Notes: a model not told the origin generated them from the letters alone. Positions 1-13,798 are shown, numbered from the stretch's first letter. The stretch: DNA of 64,000 nucleotides from an uncultured Verrucomicrobiae bacterium (GCA_963815455.1 CAWFGO010000001.1:672001-736000); one strand, 5' to 3'. Numbers and translations are program-made.

Positions 1-826
1 CGGGGATGAAGCGAGCCGCAAAGCAGCGATGACGTTCGTGATCATCGGGGGCGGACCGACCGGGGTGGAACTGGCCGGCGCCATCGCGGAAATCGCTCGC
101 CATACCCTCGCGAAAGACTTTCGCCACATCGATCCATCGCAAGCCCGCGTCATTCTCGTGGAAGGCGAGCCGCGTTTGCTCGCCTCGTTTCCGGAGGATT
201 TATCGGCCAGCGCGCTGAAACAACTTGTCGATCTTGGCGTGGAAGTTCGCACCGGCGTGCATGCCACCAATTTAAGCGACGCCGGCGTCCAGGTGGGCGA
301 TGAATTTGTTCCGTGTCGGGTGAAAATTTGGGCGGCGGGCAACAATGCTTCTTTTATCGGCAAGACACTCGGAGTACCAGTCGATCGGGTCGGCCGCGTT
401 TTGGTCAACGACGACCTGACGATCCCGGGCCATCCGGAGGTCCAGGTGATCGGTGACCTGGCGAATTTCCCGCATCAAACCGGCAAACCGCTGCCGGGCG
501 TTTCGCCAGTTGCGATGCAACAGGGACGCCACGCCGCTCGCAACATTTTGGCGATGATTGACGGGCGCGAACCGCAGACATTCAGCTATTGGGACAAGGG
601 GAGCATGGCGACGATTGGCCGGAACAAAGCCGTGGCCGATCTGCGCTGGCTGCATCTCAGCGGACTTCCAGCCTGGCTGGCGTGGTTGTTCGTCCACATT
701 ATTTTCCTGGTCGGTTTCCGAAATCGCTTTGCCGTTCTCTTTCAGTGGGCCTGGGCTTATTTGACGTTCAACAAAGGCGCGCGACTGATTACGCGCAATT
801 TTCAGGCCGAACAAAGACCGCCATGA
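1..826 (+). CDS. ndh: Type II NADH:quinone oxidoreductase, C-terminal part (5' end outside window)
   Basis: GGGPTGVELAG dinucleotide motif, IGD motif, YWDKGSMATIGR and C-terminal membrane-binding helices; frame is open to the window edge. Confidence 0.9.
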   Translation, partial: GDEASRKAAMTFVIIGGGPTGVELAGAIAEIARHTLAKDFRHIDPSQARVILVEGEPRLLASFPEDLSASALKQLVDLGVEVRTGVHATNLSDAGVQVGDEFVPCRVKIWAAGNNASFIGKTLGVPVDRVGRVLVNDDLTIPGHPEVQVIGDLANFPHQTGKPLPGVSPVAMQQGRHAARNILAMIDGREPQTFSYWDKGSMATIGRNKAVADLRWLHLSGLPAWLAWLFVHIIFLVGFRNRFAVLFQWAWAYLTFNKGARLITRNFQAEQRPP

Positions 827-1752
827 GAATCGCGGTCGTTGGTGCGGGAGCGATCGGTTCTTATTATGGCGCAAAGCTCGCCCACGGCGGCAGCGACGTT
901 CATTTTCTGATGCGGGGAGATTTGAGCGAGGTGCGGCAAAAAGGAATCTACGTCCGTGGCGCAGGAGAAGATTTTCGTGTCCCGAAAGTTAACTGCTACA
1001 ACTCCACAAGAGAGATTGGCCCGTGCGACCTGGTTCTCGTTGCGCTCAAGGCAACTTCCAATGCCGACCTTGTCGATCTTGTCCCGTCACTTCTGCACGA
1101 ACAGACGATGCTGCTCACCTTGCAGAACGGCCTCGGCAACGAAGAATTTCTGGCCGGGCACTTCGGTCCGGAACGCGTGCTGGGCGGACTTTGCTTTATT
1201 TGTTTGAGCCGCGTTTCGCGGATCGAAGTCGGGCGCTACGATTACGGTCATATTGTGATCGGCGAGCACGGGCGCAGCCCAGGCGAACGGACCCACTGGA
1301 TCGCCGCAAGATTCGCCGCCCGCGGGATCAAGTGCAGCGTTGCCCAGGATCTCGCCCTCGAACGCTGGCGTAAGCTGGTTTGGAACATTCCGTTTAACTC
1401 GTTGTCGATCCTGGCCGGCGGAATCGACACCGCCGTCATTCTCGCCGATGACGCTCTGCGCCGCGCGACTCTGGCGCTGATGCACGAGGTCGTCGAAGCG
1501 GCCAACAAATGCAAACATGCATTGGAGAGCGGCGAAGTGGCAAAACAAATGAAACGGACCGAAGAGATGGGCGCCTACAAGCCTTCTACCCTGCTCGATT
1601 GGGAAGCGGGCAAACCGCTTGAGATCGAAGCGATTTGGGGCGAACCATTGCGTCGCGCCGCCGCGGCTGGCGCAACGATACCGCGTCTCGAAGTCGTTCA
1701 TGCGTTGCTGAAATCGCTCGATGCCGAAAGGCGTAACCGGAGGAATCGATAA
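823..1752 (+). CDS. panE: 2-dehydropantoate 2-reductase
   Basis: MRIAVVGAGAIG Rossmann motif, LQNG, WRKLVWNIPFN, KPSTLLD..GKPLEIEAI; ATG at 823 overlaps the ndh stop (ATGA). Confidence 0.92.
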   Translation: MRIAVVGAGAIGSYYGAKLAHGGSDVHFLMRGDLSEVRQKGIYVRGAGEDFRVPKVNCYNSTREIGPCDLVLVALKATSNADLVDLVPSLLHEQTMLLTLQNGLGNEEFLAGHFGPERVLGGLCFICLSRVSRIEVGRYDYGHIVIGEHGRSPGERTHWIAARFAARGIKCSVAQDLALERWRKLVWNIPFNSLSILAGGIDTAVILADDALRRATLALMHEVVEAANKCKHALESGEVAKQMKRTEEMGAYKPSTLLDWEAGKPLEIEAIWGEPLRRAAAAGATIPRLEVVHALLKSLDAERRNRRNR

Positions 1753-1757
1753 TCATC

Positions 1758-2201
1758 ATGTCCAAAGACGACGCCCTCCCCAAAATCAACGTCCGAAATC
1801 TGCAGCGCGTCGTGAGGGTCGATCTTGCCGGGCTGAGAAAATCAGCGGAACAGATTCTCGAACGGGTATTACGAATTCGTGCCGGCAAGCAGACGCAACT
1901 GAGCCGATTGAAGGAAGTCTTCGTCTTGCTCGTCTCCGACGCGCGGATGGCAAAATTGCATCGACAATTCCTCAATCAATCGGGTCCGACCGATGTCCTG
2001 ACGTTCGATCACGGCGAGATTTTCATCAGTGGCCAGACCGCGCGACGCAATGCTCGAGCATTCGGAAATTCGTTGGCCGGCGAATTGCTATTGTACGTCG
2101 CGCATGGCCTGCTCCATCTGCACGGCTTCGACGATCGAACGGAAATCGACGCCCGCGAAATGGCAACGGAACAGGAGAACATTCTCGCCGCGATCAAATA
2201 G
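1758..2201 (+). CDS. ybeY: rRNA maturation endoribonuclease YbeY
   Basis: PTDVLTF, GEIFIS and HGLLHLHGFD (H-x3-H-x5 metal motif, third ligand divergent). Confidence 0.88.
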   Translation: MSKDDALPKINVRNLQRVVRVDLAGLRKSAEQILERVLRIRAGKQTQLSRLKEVFVLLVSDARMAKLHRQFLNQSGPTDVLTFDHGEIFISGQTARRNARAFGNSLAGELLLYVAHGLLHLHGFDDRTEIDAREMATEQENILAAIK

Positions 2202-2241
2202 CTTCTTTGAAGCGACACGGCCGTATGTTAACCTTTTTCCC

Positions 2242-2649
2242 ATGAGCTGGGAGCCACGGCGAGGGCCCGTTGGAATCGCCCCGAGAGTATTCGGCGCTGA
2301 TCGTGGAGCTGCCGCGACGCTGGAAGCTTCAATAAGCGTTTCGAACCAGCAGCCTGGTCCGGCGACCATTGAGGGCCCTTCCATCGAAAAAGAAACGCGC
2401 TCCAAAGAAGATCTCGATCTTCCCTGGCTGGTCGTGGTGCACAACGATCCAGTGAACCTGATGACTTATGTGACGATGGTTTTCCAGCGCGTGTTCGGTT
2501 TTCCGCGCGAAAAAGCAGAACGCCACATGCTGGAGGTGCATCAAAAAGGACGCTCGATTTTGTGGAGCGGAATGCGCGAGCGTGCGGAGCTTTACGTGCA
2601 GCAACTGCATGGCTATCTGCTGCTCGCCACGCTCGGAAAAGCCGACTGA
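2242..2649 (+). CDS. clpS: Clp protease adaptor ClpS
   Basis: WLVVVHNDPVNLMTYV..VFQRVF..AERHMLEVHQKG; start chosen at ATG 2242 just after a -10-like hexamer. Confidence 0.88.
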   Translation: MSWEPRRGPVGIAPRVFGADRGAAATLEASISVSNQQPGPATIEGPSIEKETRSKEDLDLPWLVVVHNDPVNLMTYVTMVFQRVFGFPREKAERHMLEVHQKGRSILWSGMRERAELYVQQLHGYLLLATLGKAD

Positions 2650-2650
2650 T

Positions 2651-3171
2651 ATGGAAATTTGCCGGCGAGATGGTGACGATCGAGATTTCCGATCTCGATC
2701 CATTTCTGGCAGAGCTTCTTCGCCAGATTCCAGCCAGCACCGATCCCGAAGGCGTGCCGGCGGCCGAGCAACGGCTCTTTATGCCGCCGGCCGATGCCGG
2801 GGAAAAGGAGATTTTGCCAGAGTGGAAAACTTTATGTCGAACCGGAGTTGCGGCGGCTATTTCGATCGGCCACAGAAACGGTGGCTGAGGATTTGAAGCA
2901 ACTCGACGGAAAAGAAGAACCGTTTGCCAATCGCAACACTGCGCATCCCGGCGAAGAACATGCGATGCCTGGCTCAACGCACTCAATCAGGCGCGACTCG
3001 CCCTGGCCGCGAAATACAATTTTACCGACGGCGAATTATGCGATCACAATCGTTCGCCGGTTGGCATCGCGCCGCGACTTGAGTCTGTTCCAGGTAAATT
3101 TCTACGGCTTTATCCAGGAATTCATCCTGCGCGACACCGGACAGCAGCGAGGCGCCGGTCTCATCGGGTAA
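2651..3171 (+). CDS. DUF2017-like protein, broken by several 1-nt indels
   Basis: Stitched frames read DPFLAELLRQIP..AAEQRLF..YVEPELRRLF..AWLNALNQARLALA..VNFYGFIQEFIL; position right after clpS matches the known clpS-DUF2017 pairing. Confidence 0.6.
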
Positions 3172-3194
3172 TGGGCCTTGAATCAGAAACGTCG

Positions 3195-3432
3195 CTATTG
3201 CTGTTTCCGCTCTTTGACCATCGACATCAGCCGGTCTTTGATCGCAGCGGAAGCTTTGGCCGGACGCAAACTCAAAGCAAACGCCTCATGCAATGCATAG
3301 CATTCGGCGATAAAATCTTCGCCTTTCTGCCCAAACTTCTTGCGCGCCTTCTCAAACTCTCTTGTCTCTGCCGGGATCTAGCGCGCCGATAACGTAAAGG
3401 CGCGAGCGCTTTTGGAATTCTTCAAAGCTCAT
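3195..3432 (-). CDS. Small soluble anti-sigma-domain-like protein (about 78 aa, one indel; not in ORF track)
   Basis: Hand translation MSFEEFQKRSRLYVIGALDP/AETREFEKARKKFGQKGEDFIAECYALHEAFALSLRPAKASAAIKDRLMSMVKERKQQ*; start overlaps the end of the sigma gene; YxxGAL...E..F...P....K.RL resembles the RskA N-terminus. Confidence 0.6.
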
Positions 3433-4143
3433 CTTTCAGTTCCTTCAGTCCGTCATAGATTTTTTTCAGTCCGAGTTCAAGTCTCGTCTTCACTGTTCCC
3501 AATGGTGTATTCGTTTTTGCGGCGATTTCGCGCTGGCTCATCCCGCGAAAAAATGCCAGCTCGATGGCCTCCCGCTGCGCCGGTGGAATTCGCGTTAATG
3601 ACTTTGCCGCACAAGCTTGCGCGTATCGCTGAAGGTGATTTCCTCCTCGGTGGAGTTATGGACCCAGGCGTCGGGTTGTTGCTCGGTTTCGGCTTGCAGG
3701 CGTTCTTCGGCGCGGGCGTAAGCCTGCTTTTTCCGCAGACCATCGATCGCACGGCGCCGGGCCAGCGTAACCATCCATCCCAACGGCTTGCCTTTTTCGG
3801 CCGAGAAGTTTTTGGCCTGCTTCCAGATCTCCATGAAGATCTCCTGTAGCAGATCGTCGGCCTCAGCGTCGTTGTGGATCACGCGCAAAATCAGCGCTTT
3901 CAAGATTCCGTTGTAACGATCGTATAGTTGGGAAAGAGCATCCGGGTTCTCGGCCTGGATGCCTTCCATCAGCTCGAGATCGCTGGGCCCTTCCGGCTCG
4001 ACCTTTGGAGGAGGAGCCGCCGCGTGCAACTCGTTGACGACTATTTTCGCGGACCGGACTCTTCTTTCGGCAGCGTTTTTCGGCCGGCCGCGCTTTGTCT
4101 TGGTCTGAGGACGAGATCGGCCGGTGCGACGCATCTGGCTCAT
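3422..4143 (-). CDS. ECF sigma-70 factor (SigK-like), frameshifted near 3600
   Basis: Region 2 EADDLLQEIFMEIW..F..W..TLARRRAID; region 4 continues in a shifted frame as REAIELAFF.GMSQREIA..TNTPLGTVKTRLELGLKK ending TGA at 3422. Confidence 0.85.
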
Positions 4144-4247
4144 TTAGGTGCAGCCGGCGGCTTCGTCCAACCCTTTCCATCGGTTGCCGATTAAGCCTTG
4201 ACCGCCGGGCAGCCGTCCCGATACGCTCGCCTCCAGCAACGCGAATT

Positions 4248-4268
4248 GACCCCGAAAGTTTCGGGGTC
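4248..4268. repeat. Short palindrome GACCCCGAAA-G-TTTCGGGGTC; related copy at 21227-21246
   Basis: Perfect 10-bp inverted repeat read directly; second copy GCCCCGAAAGCCTTCCGGGC. Confidence 0.55.
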
Positions 4269-4343
4269 TTGACCGCCAGAGTGGCAGAAAGGGCACTGTG
4301 CGATCCTGCGTTAGAAAAGTAACCCTGAGGAAAGGAAATTTAG

Positions 4344-5031
4344 ATGAAATTACTGACATCACTTATTGCAATTACCGCACTTGGACTTGCTGCTTCGGCA
4401 TTCGCACAAGAGGAAGAAACCACGTCGCCGACAGAGGAGCAACCTTCTACCACAATCGAGGAAACCCCGGCAACGTCCGCACCGTCCGTTGAGACCACCC
4501 CCAGTCCGGCCGAGCCAATGACCCCGGCCCCCGCCGCCACAATGGCTCCGGCTTCGAAGCCCGCAAAGGCCGCAGCCCCCGAGGCTTCACCAGCGAAGGC
4601 CGAAAGCGGCATGCACCCATGGCCGCACCCACGCCATCGGGAAAGAAAATGAGCGTCGAAGCAACGTCTAAAGGACAACGAAAATCGCTGGGCAGCGGCC
4701 GCCGGCAAGCACGATGTCGAAGCTGTGGAAGCGATGGTGGCCAGCGATTTCATGGGCGTGAGTTCAAAAGGCAAAATCCAGAGCCGGCGCGCCATGTTGA
4801 GCGAGATGAAGGGCGACAAAGACACTTACACATCGGACAAGAACGAGAAACTCGAGGTGCGTAAGTACGGCAATAACATGGCGGTTGTGATCGGGACCTA
4901 TCGCGAAAAAGGCACCGGCAAAGACGGCAAAGCTTTCGATCGCAGCTACCGATTTCACCGATACTTGGGTCGAGCGCAACGGCCAATGGAAATGCGTTGC
5001 CGGCCAGGCCATGCTTCTGGGGAAACGATAA
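4344..5031 (+). CDS. Secreted NTF2-like/DUF4440 protein with Pro/Ala/Thr-rich linker, frameshifted
   Basis: Signal peptide [21 protein letters not shown], low-complexity linker, then [38 protein letters not shown]. Confidence 0.75.
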
Positions 5032-5065
5032 GACCGTTTCCACCTCAAATTAGACGACCAAGTTT

Positions 5066-5104
5066 CGACGGCAGCCACTCGATGTGGCTGCCGTCGCTTT
5101 TTTT
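5066..5104 (+). terminator. Intrinsic terminator
   Basis: 13-bp stem CGACGGCAGCCAC/GTGGCTGCCGTCG followed by a 7-T run, downstream of the DUF4440 gene. Confidence 0.8.
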
Positions 5105-5174
5105 GGCAACGTCGGCTTTTCTGTTTCCAATCGCGCGATTGCGCGAGGCGATTTGTGCAGCAAAGGTTAGCCAC

Positions 5175-8474
<3,300 letters not shown>

Positions 8475-8569
8475 GATGAATTACCAGACAGAGATCAAGA
8501 ATTCTGTTCCATTATCCGTGAAAATCTGTGCCAATCTATCGCTGCCAAAAATAACACCGGAGAAATCTG

Positions 8570-9242
8570 ATGAACAAATACCTGGACCAGCATCGACAAT
8601 GACATCGCGGAGAAACATCTCCTGAAACATCCGTTTTATCTCGCGTGGACCCGCGGTGAGCTGAGCAAGGAAGCGCTGACCGATTACGCGCGGCAATATT
8701 ATCATCACGTCGCCGCGTTTCCGACTTATCTCTCGGCCGTGCACTCAAACTGCGACGATCAGGCGACGCGAAAGCAATTGCTCGACAATCTGGTGGACGA
8801 AGAAGCCGGCTCGCCGAATCATCCCGAGCTTTGGCTCAAATTCGCCGAAGGTCTCGATGTTTCCGATGTCGATGTACGGAATACGGGGAAACAACGGGAG
8901 ACAGAGAATTTGATCGACACGTTTCGATCGGTTTGCGGCGAAGGCTCGACCGCGGAGGGTCTGGCCGCGCTTTACGCTTATGAGAGCCAGATTCCGGCGA
9001 TCTGCGAATCGAAGATCGACGGACTAAAGAAGCATTACGGCTTCACTGATCCGAAACATTACGAGTATTTCAGCGTGCACATCGAAGCCGACCGGGAGCA
9101 TTCAGCTGCCGAACGCAAAATGCTGAAGTCGTACATCGACAGTTCCAACGTCGAGCCAGTCCGCGCATCTGTGAATCGCGTTCTGGACGCGCTCTGGGAG
9201 ATGCTCTCCGGCGTTTGTCGAAGGCACGCGATTGCCTGCTAG
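8570..9242 (+). CDS. CADD/PqqC-like heme-oxygenase-fold dimetal oxidase (putative pABA synthase); indel near the N-terminus
   Basis: Upstream of the ORF-track start the frame reads HLLKHPFYLAWTRGELSKEALTDYARQYYHHVAAFPTYLSAVH; then DEE..NHPELW, YAYESQIP, SKIDGL, YFSVHIEADREH. Confidence 0.85.
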
Positions 9243-9247
9243 GGTAA

Positions 9248-9271
9248 GCGGCTGACACAGCCGCCTCTACA
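9248..9271 (-). repeat. GTAG-type REP-like hairpin
   Basis: GCGGCTG-ACA-CAGCCGC stem followed by CTCTACA (TGTAGAG on the minus strand). Confidence 0.55.
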
Positions 9272-9308
9272 CTTTTGCGGGTCGCAAAAGCACGTATTGT
9301 CATTGGCT

Positions 9309-10085
9309 ATGCAGCAGCAAGTTTTGGCGGGAAAGACCGGTGTCGTTTTTGGTGTGGCCAATAAACGCAGCATTGCCTGGGCGATTGCCAAGGCGTGGGC
9401 GAATGCCGGCGCGAAATTGATTTTTAACTACCAGGGCGAACGCCTGAAGGAAAACGTCGAGGAACTCGTAGGCGAATTCGGAGAGAAAACGCCTTTTTTT
9501 CCATGTGACGTATCGAGCGATTCTGAGATCGCGTCGTTTTTCGAAAAAATCCGCGGCGAGACCAATCAGGTCGATCTTTTACTGCATTCGGTTGCATTCG
9601 CGCCGAAGGAAGCGCTGGAAGGCGATTTTGTAAGCACTACACGAGAAGCGTTTCGCACGGCGCACGATATCAGCGCCTACTCGCTGGTGGCGCTTTCGTG
9701 CGCAGTCGCGCCGATGATGACCAACGGCGGCAGCATTCTGGCCATGACCTATTATGGCGCCGAAAAAGTTGTGCCGCACTACAACGTCATGGGTGTGGCC
9801 AAGGCGAGTCTGGAAGCATCTACCCGGTATCTGGCCTACGATCTCGGGCCGAAGAAAATTCGGGTGAACTGTATTTCGGCCGGGCCGGTCCAAACGCTCG
9901 CCGCGCGCGGGATTAGCGGTTTTACGTCGATGTTGAAGCATTACCAGGAACGCGCGCCTTTGAAACGCAGTTGCGACCCGGCTGAGCTGGGCGAGACCGG
10001 GGTCTTTCTTGCCAGCGACGGCGCGGCCGCCATTACAGGCCAGGTAATCTACGTGGATGGCGGTTACCAGATCATGGGCATGTGA
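9309..10085 (+). CDS. fabI: Enoyl-ACP reductase
   Basis: GVANKRSIAWAIA, HSVAFAP, YNVMGVAKASLE, ISAGPVQTLAARGI. Confidence 0.95.
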   Translation: MQQQVLAGKTGVVFGVANKRSIAWAIAKAWANAGAKLIFNYQGERLKENVEELVGEFGEKTPFFPCDVSSDSEIASFFEKIRGETNQVDLLLHSVAFAPKEALEGDFVSTTREAFRTAHDISAYSLVALSCAVAPMMTNGGSILAMTYYGAEKVVPHYNVMGVAKASLEASTRYLAYDLGPKKIRVNCISAGPVQTLAARGISGFTSMLKHYQERAPLKRSCDPAELGETGVFLASDGAAAITGQVIYVDGGYQIMGM

Positions 10086-10091
10086 TTTTCC

Positions 10092-10168
10092 GCTCTTACT
10101 CTTACTCTTGCTCCTGCTCATACTCATGATCGAAAAAGAGGAAGCCGAGCATGAGCAAGAGTAGGAGT
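10092..10168. repeat. Inverted pair of degenerate hexamer tandem repeats (RCTCHT / ADGAGY); related tracts at about 35606-35667 and 57437-57467
   Basis: gctcttactcttactcttgctcctgctcatactcat faces gagcatgagcaagagtaggagt. Confidence 0.65.
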
Positions 10169-11533
10169 GTCGCCGACGAGTTGCGAGAACTGCTCGGATC
10201 GGATTGTGTCAGCAACGATCCCGAAACGCTCGCCGCCCACAGCGGCGACAAATGGTTTGCGTCACATGCGCCTGAGGTGGTCGCTTATGCAGGATCGACA
10301 TCGGACGTAAGCAAGCTGCTTCAATTCGCCTCGCGCCAGAAAATTCCGGTGACGGCGCGGGGCGCCGGTTATGGTTACGTGGGCGGATGTGTCCCGGTGC
10401 GCGGCGGGATTGTGTTGTCCCTCGCCCGGATGAATCGAATCAAGGAGATCCATTTTGCCGACGCAATCGCGGTCGTCGAGCCGGGCGTCCTGACGGCTGA
10501 CTTAAAAGCAGCGGTGCGCGGACAGAAACTGCTTTATCCGCCCGATCCGGCAAGCATGAAAAATTGCTCGATCGGCGGCAACGTCGCGACCAACGCAGGA
10601 GGGCCGCGCTGCCTGAAGTACGGTGTCACCCGCAATTATGTGATTGGACTCGAAGTTGTCCTGGCGAGCGGCGAAATCCTGCGAACCGGCGGGCGGGTCC
10701 ACAAAAATAAGACCGGATTCGATCTGATCAGCCTCTTCGTCGGGTCGGAAGGGATGCTTGGCATCGTCACCGAAATCACAATTCGTCTTCTTCCTTTGCC
10801 GCCAGCCCGCGCGACACTGTCAGCAGCATTCCCAAACATGTCGCAAGCGGCCGAAGCCGTGCAGGAGATTTTCGCGGCGGGATTCTTGCCATCTTCGCTG
10901 GAGATCGCCGACAGCTTCACGCTGGAGGCAGCCCGGAAAGACCTCGGCGAAGCGATTGTACCGCCAGGAAACGCACATTTGCTTGTCGATCTTGATGGCC
11001 AGGAGGTGAGCGTACGAAATGAGGCGGAGACAATTCGCGAATTACTCGCCGTGAAAAGGCCGAACGCGCTCGAGGTGGCAACCGGCGAAACCGATTGCGA
11101 AAAACTTTGGGCTCTTCGACGGCAGTTTAGCGATTCATTGCGCGCGACCGGACTAACGAAATTGAATGAGGACGTAGTCGTCCCGCGGAGTCACATTGTC
11201 GATCTTGTCGAATTCGCCGAGGCGCTACAGGCCAAACACGGATTTCCGATCGCCTGTTTCGGTCATGCCGGCGACGGCAACATCCACGTCAACATTATGG
11301 CCGACCGCTACAATCGCGACGCTACCGTTCGAGAGAAGGTCGAGGTTGCGCTAAACGAACTGTTCGCCCAAGTGCTGGCCTGGGGAGGCGTGATCACCGG
11401 CGAACACGGAATCGGTCTGGCCAAAAAGCGCTGGTGGCCGGAGGCGACCAGCAACGTTTCTCGAGATGTTCACACCGCGCTGAAACGAGCCCTCGATCCG
11501 GATGGGATTTTGAATCCCGGAAAATTTCTTTGA
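10151..11533 (+). CDS. FAD-linked oxidase, GlcD/D-lactate dehydrogenase family
   Basis: YPPDPAS, IGGNVATNAGG..LKYG, GSEGMLG, FGHAGDGNIH, GEHGIG, LDPDGILNPGK. Confidence 0.9.
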   Translation: MSKSRSVADELRELLGSDCVSNDPETLAAHSGDKWFASHAPEVVAYAGSTSDVSKLLQFASRQKIPVTARGAGYGYVGGCVPVRGGIVLSLARMNRIKEIHFADAIAVVEPGVLTADLKAAVRGQKLLYPPDPASMKNCSIGGNVATNAGGPRCLKYGVTRNYVIGLEVVLASGEILRTGGRVHKNKTGFDLISLFVGSEGMLGIVTEITIRLLPLPPARATLSAAFPNMSQAAEAVQEIFAAGFLPSSLEIADSFTLEAARKDLGEAIVPPGNAHLLVDLDGQEVSVRNEAETIRELLAVKRPNALEVATGETDCEKLWALRRQFSDSLRATGLTKLNEDVVVPRSHIVDLVEFAEALQAKHGFPIACFGHAGDGNIHVNIMADRYNRDATVREKVEVALNELFAQVLAWGGVITGEHGIGLAKKRWWPEATSNVSRDVHTALKRALDPDGILNPGKFL

Positions 11534-11559
11534 TCTACAGGTGGCTGGTTCTGCCTCGG

Positions 11560-13710
11560 TTATTGCGATGGCGACGCCGGAAAATAGTAAATGAAAATCG
11601 AATACCCGACCTGATCCAGCAGCGTTGCGTTTTTTAGTAGTCGAGAATAATAATTCTGGAATGGCGGCTCAAAATACGCCCCTTGCAGATTGGTGGCGCT
11701 AATCGCGAAATAACAGGGAGTTTTTACCTCGCTTAATGGGGTTTCGGGCTCGAGTGAATAGCCGCCTGGGACATTAATGTGCTTAATGCGGTGGTAGCGG
11801 GGGTCGGCCATGCCGAAGTAACAAAGGTAAAAGGGCGTTCCCGCGTCCAGCCGCCTGTTATCGAGCCACACTTTCAAACCTTTTAGGTCCTGGCCCCAGT
11901 CGAGATTGGAATCAACCAGACTTTTGTAACCGTTAGGCGGACCGCCGGCTAATTCGTTAAAATAGGCAAGATAATGAGGATAAACGCGCGCGACGTACGG
12001 CCGTTGTGGAATAATGACCACGAACGAACTCATGACGACGGCTGATAACGCGGCCACGGCAATCCATGGTTTGACCCCGGATCGCAGCCTGGCCCATGGC
12101 ACCGCCAGTCCGCCACACATCACGTATAAGAACGGATAAATGGGCAATAAGTGGCGTTGGCCCACGCTAATGCTGGAAGCGAGCGAAACACCCCAATACA
12201 AACCAACCGGAATCAAGAGGGCAGCCAAATCCAAGTGCCATGGTGTGCGCCGCCACAGCGCGAAAACGAGAGCGGCGATAATGGTAGCGATTGTGATAAG
12301 CGGCGTCTTGAGAACAAATGTCCAAAGAAAATAGCTTCCCCTGAATCCAATGCTTGAATGTTCGCCACGCAAGAATGAGGTGCACGTGAGCAGACCTGCT
12401 TCCGCCTCGGCGAGACCGTAGAGATACGCCTGAGGGAGCAGTTTATGGCGATCGAAGAATAGAATGATTTTGCCGCTTCGGTCGAGTGGAGCCGTAGCAA
12501 TTGATTGCTTGATCAATTGCTCGGAGATGTCTCTCCGGCCATCCCGCAATAGCAATTTCATCGCCGCGACTCGCCTGATGGAGGCTTCCAGAGGAAAATA
12601 TCCCGGGACATGTTCGGGCAATTGTTCTGTTAGTTCGTTCGGCGAATTCGACAACACAAGGGCTTCATTTTGCCCGGCCAGGGCCGCGTCTTTTACGGGA
12701 CAGAAACGAAAATCGTACAGGCTCCAAAGGACGCCGTAGCTGAAGAGGGTTGCGAAAATGGATAACCCGACAATGGCCAGCGTCCTGGCCGGCCAGGTAA
12801 CCAGTTTGGCTTCCCTAACCAAAGAGGCGGGCCATTCTTCCTTGGAAAGGATTCGCCCAAGAGCCAACAGGAGAAAGATCGGCAACAACAAGACTGCTGT
12901 AAACTTGCTCCCGAACGCCAGCGCGACGAACCCGGACGTTGCCAGCACGTTGATCAAATCAACACGCCGAAGGGTCCGCCAGAAAAAATAAACCGCGCCA
13001 AACATGAACACAGCGATCCCCAAGTCAGTTGTTATCAATCCACTGTGGGCGATAAAATTGGGATCAAAACAAAACAGGGCAATGGCAAGCACCGCACCCG
13101 CCAGTCCAAAGAGTTCCTTTGCCCAGAGAAAAACCAGCCCTGCAAGCAATATTCCGAGCAGAAGGATGGGCAGGCGGCCCCAAAACAATAGATCATCGGC
13201 ATCGTTGAAAAAGTCAGACGCTTCCAGCGTCGCCGTGGGCGGGATCATTAACGAATCGAAGTACGGGGTATCATCAGCGAAACGCCGGGTGGTTTCGTCT
13301 CGCACGCCGTAAAGAAACGAGTGACCAAACATTAACTCGGATGATTCATGGTCCACCAACCCCATCGCCCAGGCGCGCTGGAGGTGCACGCCGGTGGTTA
13401 TGGCTATGCTTCCCCGTTTGAGGTCCTCAATTTTCTCCGGCTCGGCGGGCGGCGTGGCCACGCGCCGAAATAGCAACGGCACCGCTGCGAGCTTTTTGAT
13501 GAGAGGCGGATGCTCCGGATCCAATCGGTAATCGCCGTACTGCAAGTAACTGTAGCCACAGGGCAAATGGACAACCTCATCGAACGTCGCCGAACTCCCG
13601 CGGGCGAACTGGATCACTAGAAAAGCGAACACAGCACAAAACGCCAAAGCCATTCCCGCCGCCGCAATTGATTCGGAGATGACAAATTTGCGCAGGCGAA
13701 ATGCGATCAC
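11560..13710 (-). CDS. GT-C fold membrane glycosyltransferase (GT39/ArnT/PMT-like)
   Basis: SATFDEVVH, EHPPLIK, FDPNFIAHSGLITTD, GSKFTA, many TM segments, YLAYFNELAGG..LVDSNLDWGQD. Confidence 0.8.
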   Translation of the reverse strand: MIAFRLRKFVISESIAAAGMALAFCAVFAFLVIQFARGSSATFDEVVHLPCGYSYLQYGDYRLDPEHPPLIKKLAAVPLLFRRVATPPAEPEKIEDLKRGSIAITTGVHLQRAWAMGLVDHESSELMFGHSFLYGVRDETTRRFADDTPYFDSLMIPPTATLEASDFFNDADDLLFWGRLPILLLGILLAGLVFLWAKELFGLAGAVLAIALFCFDPNFIAHSGLITTDLGIAVFMFGAVYFFWRTLRRVDLINVLATSGFVALAFGSKFTAVLLLPIFLLLALGRILSKEEWPASLVREAKLVTWPARTLAIVGLSIFATLFSYGVLWSLYDFRFCPVKDAALAGQNEALVLSNSPNELTEQLPEHVPGYFPLEASIRRVAAMKLLLRDGRRDISEQLIKQSIATAPLDRSGKIILFFDRHKLLPQAYLYGLAEAEAGLLTCTSFLRGEHSSIGFRGSYFLWTFVLKTPLITIATIIAALVFALWRRTPWHLDLAALLIPVGLYWGVSLASSISVGQRHLLPIYPFLYVMCGGLAVPWARLRSGVKPWIAVAALSAVVMSSFVVIIPQRPYVARVYPHYLAYFNELAGGPPNGYKSLVDSNLDWGQDLKGLKVWLDNRRLDAGTPFYLCYFGMADPRYHRIKHINVPGGYSLEPETPLSEVKTPCYFAISATNLQGAYFEPPFQNYYSRLLKNATLLDQVGYSIFIYYFPASPSQ

Positions 13711-13798
13711 GAGAACGGTGATTCCTCTATAGCGGATGACATCGGATGATCTTACAGGCCGTTCAAATCAAGGGAAGATGACGCCTTCCGCAACACGT

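Noticed and set aside
11560..13710. GT-C gene as a genomic island
   Set aside because: Looks somewhat more AT-rich by eye, but no boundaries, repeats or mobility genes were found and composition was not computed
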